A DNA stretch of 64,000 bases. Source: Gnetum montanum (Eukaryota > Plantae > Gnetophyta). Positions 53,261 through 64,000 of the stretch are shown piece by piece (position 1 is the stretch's first letter; the number at the start of each line of letters is the position of its first letter). The position numbers and the translations under genes are program-made. The stretch is taken from positions 1,411,412 through 1,475,411 of the forward strand of contig MNCI01000520.1 of the NCBI GenBank assembly GCA_015680685.1, given 5' to 3'. The notes beneath the pieces were generated by a model. The model had not been told where the DNA came from, did no database searches, and saw only the letters and a list, made by a program, of their open reading frames with translations.

Positions 53261-54539
53261 TGATGCTTAGCTCAGCTCTAGAATGTATTCAACTCATCTT
53301 TGGCAAGCATAGTTGGTGAAATATTTCTTTTTTGTATCCCCTTTTGTCCCGGAATTGTAACTATGCTTGACCCCATGCGAGAGTGTGGAGAGTGTAGCCT
53401 CTAGCTTGCATTTTTTAGGTACCTTGTAGTCCTCTCAGCATACACATGTAGTTAGTAATGTAGTCACAATCTCATAGTCTTGTAGAGTTTGGTAGAGTAT
53501 AGTAAAGCACAACACCACCAGCCTAGTGGAGAGCACAGTTGGTGGAGAGCGTAGTCCCAACTGTCTCCTCCACCATGTGGCAGCGATCCCACATTTTCTT
53601 CTAATCCTAAAACTATAAATACCCATGTCCTTAAAGTTTTTAAGGTTGGAAAATTGAAAGGTTAGTAAAATCTAAGGCACACTTGGCAGAAAACCAAAGG
53701 AATTTTGGTAAACCAAGGATAAGTGAAGTTGCAGACCACTGTAGATCCTTGTAGCCCAGCATAATACCACAGCTAATGGTACACTATAATGACCAACTAG
53801 GCAGATGTAAACACCTTGATAGATTGGTAGTATTCATGGCCAGACACCTTAGAGACTATGACTATGTTGTCCACTATGCTTTTTGTACATCATGTACCTT
53901 CTAACCCCCTTTGGTGTTAACTACGCTCAACCCCATTTGGGGTGGTGTTCCGTTTCTCTCTCTCTCTTTCTCTAAATTTTTCATAGTTGCATTTTTTTGT
54001 TATTTTACCACATATATGTGCCTAAAACTATGCTAGGGTAGTAGCCTACATGTGTTGATACCACCCACTTCATTGAAACTTTTGAGTACACTCTCCTCCT
54101 CTTAGGAACTTGTGAGTACACTCAACACTATAAACACTATTAACATCACAAACATTGCTACACACTTAACATTGTTTTGCATCACCACTATGGCTAACCA
54201 CACTGTAGCCATATTGCATCTATTGAGTTCCCGTTTGATCAACTAGACTATCTGGGACACCCCATCTCTACCTCTACCAGGCCTTCATGCAAATTCAAGG
54301 TTAGGATATGTACATGTGAACCTTGGTGTTCCAACTGATAATGTTTTCAATTGTTATAGTTTCTTGTGCTAGAAGAAAGGCCAAAACATTTTCTTTTAGA
54401 CTCCATTGTCATTGTCTCATGTGCTCTCTACATCATAGTTGCTGGCTTTGGGATAGTGTAGATTGTAACACCCCTGTGGACCTACTATGCATGCAATGGT
54501 AGCTAGATCTTAGGCTAGCATAGGCATTATCTACTAACA
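53261..54539 (+). repeat. Probable 5' LTR of element E (ends uncertain)
   Basis: Starts TGATGCTTA, has CTATAAATA at 53614-53622, and ends either TAGGCATTA (54529) or ACTAACA (54539) before a decayed PBS-like AGTTGATGTAG. No second copy in the window. Confidence 0.5.
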
Positions 54540-54799
54540 AGTTGATGTAGATTGGACCCCATAGTCAGTTCCCCGAAAACCCCATGTGGCAACCCAAAGT
54601 ACACATATATACTATTTTCCAAACTCTTGATGCTTTCAATTAGATTGTAGTCATCTCAAGCATAGAGAATGTAGTCAGCTCTCTAGTGTAGAGAGCATAG
54701 TCAACTCTTTGGCACAAAGAGAAAAGTCAACATAGTCAATGGTGTTAGTAGTATTTAGTGATCAGCAACCTCCATCTTGCAACTTAATCCACATCCATG

Positions 54800-57700
54800 A
54801 ACCTAGAATAGCCTTTAATGTTAGTTCCAAGCACACTCGCCATCTTGTCCATCCAACAAGAGACTAGGATTGACAACCCTAGGATTCCCGTAAGGGCAAA
54901 GCCAAGGAAATCCCTTAGGCTATGTGGTCAAGACCTAGAGTACGTTATACTAATCAATGAGTAATAAAACCTTATATGTGCAAAGATTCAAGTAGGACTA
55001 TCTTTAGAACACTTGAACATAGAAGCAAAATGAAGCTATGAACTAGTCCATCAAAATGGATGGGAGTATATCCCCTCACTTGATATCATCCCACTCACAG
55101 AGCCCTACCATTGGATGATAGTCTAGCTCATCTAAGTAGGTGAGTGTAATGTAGGAACAGACTATGAGGAGCCCCTATATAAAGAAGAGTATGAGTTTAA
55201 AGCTTGCTTTGAGCATGAGGGATCTTTCTATACTATCTTCCAATGAGTGACACCTAGTCTAGCTCTTCCATAGTCTTGTTCATTCATTCTCCTTGAGATG
55301 ATTATAGCACTTACATCACCTTCCTACTTTTTGAGGCCTAGGTCAACACCTGTGATAGCGATGCATTAGACATAATATACACATTATGATGTAGTAGCCC
55401 CATTTAGCTTGCCCTTCATGGCATCATTGCCACCCATTTAGCCATCACTATCCATAGTAATTAGATCAACTCAACCATGCATCCACATATGGCCCATCTC
55501 TAGGCTCCAAGCAACCTAGGCACCCTACATCTTACTTATTTTGTTAGTGGCCTTGGTGCCAGCCAAACCCATATATGTGTTGCTTGCCTCGATTGTCATC
55601 CTTATAGCACAACCCATGCATCAAGAACATTTTGGAATTTTGCAACCTAGAACTAGGCCATGGATCAGACAGCTAGTTTAACAGTAAATCACATAGGTAG
55701 CATAGCTACTGGAACATCTCAAAACATAGACTAGGCATTCTAGATGATCCAAGGCCTGATAGTAGAGGTGAAGTAACTCAAAGCTACGTCCTTTGAAGCT
55801 ACGAAAGTAGTGGACTTCTACTAGGATAACCCTATACGTCCTAGAGTACCTTCTCTAATTCTTCTAGATAGGGTCCCATTACTTAAATTCACCAAATAAA
55901 ATGGTGAGGGAGACCCTAATGCACATTTGGTCATATTTAGGTCAAAGTATTTACTATTGCAAGCATGGTCGCATGCCATCATACGTGTGTTTGTCATGTC
56001 ACTCACTAGAAAAGAATTAGATTGGTATTGTGCACTATTTAGAAGCTCCATCTCCTCTTTGGAGGACCTATTGGGATAATTTCTGATGCACTTCAAATAC
56101 AACTTGAAGCCTGAGACCATCTTGGACCAAGTAAAAAAAGTGAAGCTAGGTCACCTAGAACCCTTGTAGAAGTTCATTCAACATCGGAGAGCCTCATTGA
56201 ATGAAATATGAGAGCTAATGGCCAAAGTGCATATCTTGGCCATTTTAAAGGATGTATTCAATGACTTCATAAAGTTGAAATTGTATTACTTAGGCTCACA
56301 ATCCCTATGCTAAGATTTCACCCAAACCAAGAGCATGCAAGATGTGGTAGAAGCTAGCAAGGGCTTAGCCTATGTGGCCTAAAAAAATCAACATGCAAGG
56401 AGGGATAAGGATAAGGGAAATTAGAATGCAATGATGGAAACTATTGCTAAAGAGGCCAAAGAAACCAACCCAAGGACAATAGCTAGGCAACCTAGAGCCT
56501 TGGCTAACAACAAAGTTGCCAACCCTAGCACAAGGAAAACCAACTAAACTACATCCTTGGTGGCCATAGCACAAGCTATTCCAAGGCCTAAATTTTAGTG
56601 GAAGGATCACTCTAAGTACATCCCATTGTCATTAAAATATTTAGAGTTGCTAGATCAATTGTTAAAAGATAGATGCATCTAGTACAACCAAATGTCCAAG
56701 AATGCCCATAAGAAACATGATAGATATTGTGAGCTACTAAGGAATCCTACATCAGTGGCACCAAATGAGCCCCTAGTCCCAAGGCATTTTACGTTGGATT
56801 GATTTTGCAACTATCACTAGTTGCTTGGCCATAACACTAATTTTTGCATAGCCTTATAGGATGATCTACAAAGCATGATTGGTAGAGGTGAGCTAGTACT
56901 TGATACTACAAACTCAGTCAAGCCTCAAAACTAGTCTATGAGGGTGTACAATGACCCTCTAAACATAGATGATAGCAGCTATATCATAAATGCTATTAGC
57001 ATTGATGACAACCTAGAACTAGTGTAGTAGGTATTCATGGTCTGAGTGTCCTCTGGTAGTGTAAGGGTCCCCTCAGCCACCATGGGTTCAAGGCCTCCTT
57101 TCATCATAGAGTATCACATCAAGCATCCACAATGTCCTTTGTCATTAGGGTTCCCTTGAAAGGTACATTAACAACAATGGTGTAGCCACCCTTTGTCGTC
57201 TGAGTGCCGTAGCATGGTAGCCCCTCACTTGCCCAAAACCTAGTAGTGGCAAACACATTGGTTCCTTTCTTTCCAAGGGGTAACCTTGTTGGCAACATTG
57301 GTAGGTCCTGGAGGTGGAAAAATAGGAGACCTAATGAGTGTCTTGTAGACAAGATGGTCAAGCAACATCAAGACCAAAGAGCACTAGGTCTACTAAAATC
57401 AATTCCCATATTTGTGGTTCCTATGGCCAAAACAACTGAAGAGGATACAATAAGCAAATCACCAAGGAGCACTGAGGCCCCTAAACAAACTAAGCAAACA
57501 AAGCCTAATTTACCTTCATGAGAGATTTGTCTCTTAGGCCACATGGAAGAAGTTAAGGCTAGTAAAAACATGGCTAATGGAAAAGACTTCATGGATGCAT
57601 TAGCTCAACTTAAATAAGTGTTCAAACAAAAGAACATAACATTGAGCTTGTATCACCTAATCATGACCTCATCTATCCATCACGAAGAATTGGTATGGAT

Positions 57701-58505
57701 GTTGACCTCCATTCCTATTACAGAGGACATCCTTGTAGATGAGACCTCCATCCATGTAGTGATGTTACATCCCATGCCACAGGAATCAAGTTCCACATCC
57801 CTAGCATTTCTTGATGAAGTAATTAAGGTCAACCTTGAGAAGGGGGAGGTCATAATAGCTCCTATTTTCATTACCATATGTGTCAGGCAATGCAAGATTT
57901 GTAGAGTGCACATCAATGATGGAGCTGCCACAAATGTAATACCATACATTATTATGGACAAGCTAGGCATCATAGACCAAATCAAGCCAAGAAAAATCAT
58001 GTGCTTGAAATCCTTCAATGGATCATGTGTTGTCGTCAGGGGCATCATAACTATAGCTTTTGTAGTAGGGGAGCAATTTCTCACCATTGTTGAATTCATT
58101 ATCATCGAAGAGATTCCAAGCTTTAACCTGATATTGACCAAACCTTGGCTAGCCCAATAATGAGCAATCTCGTCTTTGATTCATCAAGAGATTCACTTTT
58201 CATATGAAGGTGGTGAGGTTATCATCCATGGTGATAATGCCATTCCTTTGGCCATCAACAACATAGATATAGACCAAGGGTCAAAAATTGAGTTTCTTGA
58301 TGATGTGCCTATAGTAAACAATGAGACACATGAGGCAAACATAACTAAAAGAGTAGTAGAAATCTATGACCTCCTGAAGGATGCCCTTTGGGTAGAATTT
58401 CCTTTGACATAGCAAGTGAAGGTCAAGGAGACTATTGAATAGTGCAATCCAGACCCTATGTGTCTCCTAACCCACATTGGGTTAGGACACAATTGAATGA
58501 CTAAG
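54800..58505 (+). pseudogene. gag: Element E gag-protease (decayed), Tat/Ogre-like and related to D
   Basis: NGEGDPNAHL; FCNYH*LLGHNTNFCIAL*DDLQSMI; PR RVHINDGAATNVIP, FNLILTKPWL and IHQEIHF. Confidence 0.88.
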
Positions 58506-58805
58506 GTATCCCCTTAGTCTAAAACACGTTATGTGCCTACCCACTATCTACTTTCGTGTGCCCTATATTTTACCTTTTTGCATACATCACATTTGTTTCA
58601 CTTATATCAACATTATTTTTAGCTTATTATGCATTGGTTTTCTTTGTTTATGCATTTATTTGCTTTGTTTATGCATTCATTTGCTTTGTTCATGCATTCG
58701 ATCAATTAGTTTACACTCTTGAAGTTATTAGGTTAATGCATGAAAAATATCAAAGTGCATAAAAATCATAATGACAAAAATCACCAAAAAGAGAGATAGC
58801 AACAC

Positions 58806-59120
58806 ATGGCCCACAATGGTCTTAAATTATTGCTATGGCCTAAAGTGATCTTAAACTATTGTTATGGCTCAGAATGACCTTAAACGATCACTATGGATTG
58901 GAATGGCCTTAAACTATTACCATTAATCCTATTACAACCATAAAAGAGATAGCAATATGTTGCCCAAAACAACCTTAAACTATCATGATGGCTTGGAATG
59001 GCCTAAAACTATTACTTTTAAAACTATTGTATCAGCTTGGAATGGCCTAAAACTATCACCTTTAGTCCTCTTACTATGGCCTAAAATGGACTTAAACTAT
59101 TTCCTTGACCCATCAAGGCT
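58806..59120. repeat. 29-bp degenerate tandem array near the donor end of the E intervening segment
   Basis: About 8-9 units resembling ATGGCYYRGAATGGCCTTAAACTATYRCT. Confidence 0.85.
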
Positions 59121-59359
59121 TTAAATTGACAACAAACTCGCTTTGGCTTATAATGGCCCAATATCATTATGGCTCACATTGGCCTAGAATCACATACTCA
59201 TAGAAAATGTAATAAAATCATCATATAGGGATAAAAGTTTGCACATTACACTTAGCAAATAATCATCCATAGCAAATGTAATATCAATAGTAATACATAG
59301 TATGAATAGCATCACATGGACAAAATGTAGCAAAAAGCCCAATGGGAGGTACATCTAGT

Positions 59360-61750
59360 CATGCTTAGCTAGTAGCAGGAGGTGGGGGTAGAGATTTTGC
59401 TTCCTCTACCAGGTTGGGGCTTGCAACATCACCTAGTACCTACCAAAACCATTAACAAATATGCATGATTAGTAAGCACTAATGCATTACTTGAGCTAAC
59501 TCAAAACATAAAATGCATAAAAAACTAATGTAGTAGAAACTAACCTAGGAGGATCCTTCATTGGTGAGTTTTGGAGGTAACTTTCTTAGGCCATCCTTCA
59601 AGTGGTGGAGGATCTTAGCTTCAAAAAATTTCATCTTGTCTTCCTAGGAAAACTCAATACCTACAAGGGTCTTTCCTTTTTCCATGGTGGTCCATGTGGG
59701 TGGCTCCATAGAAAATGTGGTAGAAGAGGCCTCTTTGGAGGAGTTGGAAATTTGTCTAATGGGAGAGTCACTCACAACCATACTCTGTGTAAATAAGTCA
59801 TATGCCTACTTCTTACCAATCACCTCAAGAAACATCTTGAGGTGATAGTGTTCAATAAATTCCTCCTTATACCATTGTAAGTATGTGTTGTGCTTCCACT
59901 TGTACTAATGATTGTGTTTCTTCAATGTCTGCCCCCATTGATAAATATTTATGTTATAATTCTTCCAATCCTGGTTCTTTTGAGTAAGCAAATCCATCTA
60001 CAGCTACTACTTTGCCAATTCCCACATGGCCTCAATTTTACCTTTGAGAGTGGTCTACTATGTAGCATAATCAATCTTAGAGGTATGCTAGATTCCATCT
60101 CCTTGCAATCTAGCCACTATGAAGTCATATCTAGGTTAAAGATCCTTGATCTTTTCATCCTAACTAGTCATCCTCTCTTGTAGTTCATGCATGCATTTCC
60201 ACAGGTGCCTGTTTGAGTGCCTATAGAGCCACAACACCTTTGCATAGGAAAGTATGCACTTATTTGATGTCTCATACATTTAATGAGGTACCTAATCAAT
60301 TTTAGGAGGAAGGTCATGTAGGTTGTCCACCTTGGCCACCTTGCTTGGATCACATTGCAGCTTATGACCTTTCGGCATTGCACACATATGAGCATCTAAC
60401 CAGTGATTAATGAGTAGGATAGCACAAGATGAAATAGCATTGCACACACATCAGGATACTTGGGCTAAGGGCCAAGAATAGGCCCATTAACCTAGCATGT
60501 GTGAGTCGAGCCATCAATGCATCTGGTGCTTTGTTGTACAACCAGTGTTGCACATCCTCTACATCACCATATTTCTTGATGATGATGACTTTCATATGAC
60601 CTATGGTAACCACCGTCACCTTGGTTGAGGAAACCATCATTGCAATAAAAAGTAAAAAAATGTTATCACTCCAACATTCATGAAAAACTAATAGGCATAA
60701 ACAAATGCATGGCAAGAAATGTAGATATGCATGTGGTGCAAATGAGGTATGAGATGGAGGTGGTGCTACAAACACCTCCTTAGTGTTAATCTCACCAACA
60801 GTCCACTCATCGAATCAACCATGGATCTTGCATTGCTCATATGCCTTAGGGTATTGAGAAATGTAGGCCTCTAGATTATGCCCCACCTACTCAATCATAG
60901 CTACCTAAACATTTGTGCATGATGAAAATACCTCCAAAGTAGTGTGGGTTAAGGTTAGAGCATCTACATCATCATGCAAGCCATCCTCATCAACTTTGAA
61001 TTTTTCAATCAAACATAGAACCATTAGTAATTCAACATGAGCAAGTAGCAAAAAAATAGTACATAATCTATAGAAGCCCTTACCCTTTAACGTAGTAGGA
61101 AGTTCTAGGTGGTTTCTGGAATAGAATATGGAACTACTGTGTGACCAAAAGGGTGTTGCTCTTATTATAACAAGCAAGCCTCATCATGTAGCATACTTTG
61201 GATAACTGTTGAATGCTCTTAGGACCTCTGCCTGAGCTTTCTACCCCATCAATGTTAGCAGTGGACTCATTTGAGATGAACTTCAAGATGCTTTAGTTAG
61301 CCCCAAGTAGTAGCATCTCAATGATAGCACTAGTAGCCTCAAACACCAAGTCTGATCATATGATCACACTGAACTATTACAATAGGTATTCTAGGAACTC
61401 CTGAGCTCTTAGCCCAAACCACACTACCTAATGATCCACTCGCATGTCTAGTGTAGGCATGTTGGGAATAGGTTTGCTCATGCAACAGAGGATGCTCATG
61501 AGCTCAACCACTATTAGAATGGACTTTAGCAACACCCTGTAGGAAAACAGGTAATAGACAAAGCATTAGCATGCATGCATAGATGGAAAATTTTGAGATA
61601 CATGTCATGAATTATTAACATATATTAGCAAAAATGCAATTTTGGCAATACATCCTAGGACCTTGTAGGTGTAGGACGTCGCTTAACTTGTTTGATGTGC
61701 ATGGCACTCACTAGCGTATAGCACATTTTTACAAGCTTAGCACTACATTT
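59360..61750 (-). pseudogene. Decayed multi-exon gene antisense to element E, homologue of 44660-48730
   Basis: EFLEYLL**FSVII*SDLVFEATSAIIEMLLLGA, KFKVDEDGL and VTIGHMKVIIIKKYGDV..HWL. Acceptor TTTCCTACAG (~61538) and donor AAGG|GTAAG (61083). Confidence 0.65.
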
Positions 61751-63514
61751 TGCATGTTTAGCATCATGCATAGTTAACAAAATTTTTACTAATTCTAGAC
61801 TTTCCTAGTGGAGAGCATAGTCCCAAAAATGAAAATATTTTTACAATTATGGACTACCCTAGTAGAAAGCATAATTAGAAAAAAATAGACATTTTGGCAA
61901 ACGAACATTTTGACAAACACTTGGAAAAATAGGCATTTTGACAAACACTTAGTGGACTATGCTCTTAACACATAGAGAGCATAGTCCCACGACCGTGGAG
62001 ATCATAGTCTCCCCATGGTGTGACTTGTCACACCCAACTAGGCCCCACCCTATCCTTGTCACCATGGTAGGTTGCACCTTCACTACCTTCCCTAAAAATA
62101 AACACAAAAAAGGGGACCACAAGCCCTAATACTAATCACAACCACAGCCCCTACGACCATGCTGCAGTATGCAATGATAGCTGAGGTCCCCTATGACTAT
62201 GCTACGGAGTGCAATGGTAGCCATAGTTCCTATGGACATGCCTTGGAGTGGCCCTAAGCTCCATAAGAAAAAACAATAGGAAAAAAAAAAGAATTGCAAT
62301 AGAACCCTATCTCACCATGGCCCTTCTTCCTCCCACCACCATTGAAACCTTGGTAGTAACCATGACTACTTTGCTTGTTGTGTGTTGGCAACCATGGCCC
62401 CCATGGCTGTGCCATGGAGCATGATGTGCAGGGTCCCAAACCCTGCAACTCTTAAAATTCATGCATGCCAAAAAACTATCATTTCAAACCCCTATGCACA
62501 ACCCTGAAAACCTATGTAGCCACATGAATCCCATGTGTGCCAAAACCCCACCTATAGCCCAAACTTTGTGTGTGCCCTAGCTTGCATGCAACCCTAGCTT
62601 ATGTGCAAGTCTACTCCCCACGTAGCCTCTAAGGGCCAAACAAAAAGTAGAATAAGTAAAACCCCTATAGTAAACTCATCCACCATGGTCACACTCTAGA
62701 GCATAGTTGGCCCAAATAATTAAATGAAACCTTCCATAGCATCACACCGTGCCATGGCCAGTGGGTCACCGTAGTGGCCACTACCATGGCAAGGCATGCA
62801 AGGTGGTGCATAGGAGTATGCTTCCAAACCCTCAATTTGAAAAAGATTAAAAATGAGAAAAAAATGACACCAAAAGGGGGAGATCATAGTTAGTGTACCT
62901 AGCTAAGAAAGATAGCCTCCTTTCCTCCATGCATGCCTATGGTAAGTGGCTTAATTCTCTCTCCCTTGGCAACATTTGTGAACCTTGGGTGAAGGTGTCA
63001 ACTCCAATGCATCATCTTTCTCCCAATTACACTCTCCACTCATGGTAAAGGCATAAGTAGTAGTAAGAATATGCTCCCAAAGTCATGGTGAAATAAAAAA
63101 AATGACAAGTTACCATGGTAAAACTATGCCTATATACCCTCCTTGGGTCATTTAATGATCCACCAACCCAAGACTATGCTCGCCATCAAACGCCTAGTGG
63201 AGAGCATAGTTGGATAAGAGTGTAGTTGGGTGAGAGTGTAGTCAAGCATATTGAGCCCAAAAAGATGATTTTTCATTTCCCTACAAATGTAGAAGTTAAT
63301 TCCACTCTCAAGCATGATTGGCCCTTCTCAGAACAACATGTTTGGCCCATCCGTGGCCTACCAAGGCCTAAAACTGGCATAAACATGTTTACCTTCCCAT
63401 AGCAACTTGGATGCATGCTTAAATAAATTTCATTGAATTTCTTTTTTTTTACTCGTGCATATTAACTTTGTTAAAATAGATGCCACTTGATGTATTTTTG
63501 GTTTATTTTGTTAG

Positions 63515-64000
63515 AAGATGACATGGCTATACAAGAGCAGATCTTCTCACCTTTGGTCCTCACAAGGCCTTACGATGATATTAAGTGATACATTGATTGT
63601 CATTGCCTAGAGCTTGAGCTTACAACCTATAATGAAAACATAGCCTCCATAGAAGCACCACTAGACTGGCTTGACCATTTAGTTAAGGCTCTTGACCTAG
63701 AGGTAGGAAACATCATAGAGGATTCCCTTGTAGAGATCCCTACAGTAGCACACAATGTTGAGGTGAGAATGCTAAAACTAAGTTCCTTGCTTGAACCCCA
63801 GCATGCTCAAGACATTGCTAGAGTGCTTAATGATAACATCAAAGTATTTTCATGGTCATACAAGGACATGCAAGGCCTAGATCCCTAACTAGTCCAACAA
63901 AAGATTATCCTCGATCCCTACATCAAGCTAGTTAAACAAAAAGTGTGCAAGGTTTGACCTGAGGTGGTGTTGGTAGTCTGTGATGAGATCACCAAGTGTT
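63515..64000 (+). pseudogene. pol: Element E RT N-terminal region (runs off the window)
   Basis: VLNDNIKVFSWSYKDMQGLDP*LVQQKIILDPYIKLVKQK; homologous to 39100-39551(-). Confidence 0.88.

Larger units (their letters stand above)
58506..63514 (+). other. Putative 5,009-bp intron between PR and RT of element E
   Basis: Donor AAG|GTATCC and acceptor TTTATTTTGTTAG|AA. Phase-1 removal joins the PR-tail frame to the RT frame. Confidence 0.7.

Noticed and set aside
57680-58141. Antisense ORFs overlapping protease regions (also 15962-16261, 20349-20726 and 10526-10747)
   Set aside because: Shadow frames of coding sequence with no independent support.

Overview
This 64 kb window is eukaryotic (land-plant-type) repeat DNA made almost entirely of nested, mostly decayed Ty3/gypsy LTR retrotransposons, with three main N-gaps. 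I found no host gene, RNA gene or CRISPR array. From left to right it contains: (A) a chromovirus (CRM-like) pol fragment; (B) an old minus-strand Athila-like element with an env-like ORF; three copies of a younger non-autonomous family I call 'alpha' (LTR termini TGATGAG...CTCATCA, tRNA-Asp PBS, gag + protease only), two of them inserted in B with TSDs; (C) a Tekay-like chromovirus; and two diverged Tat/Ogre-like elements, D (minus) and E (plus), lying head-to-head. The main finding is that in both D and E, protease and RT are separated by a very large GT-AG segment (about 10.0 kb and 5.0 kb) with homologous boundaries. Removing it in E rejoins the protease and RT reading frames. Each segment carries a homologous, multi-exon antisense gene, and in D it also holds a roughly 189-bp-period array of decayed CG-rich palindromes. 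All alignments were done by eye. Lineage names come from recognisable motifs, not database searches, and the boundaries of decayed ORFs are approximate.
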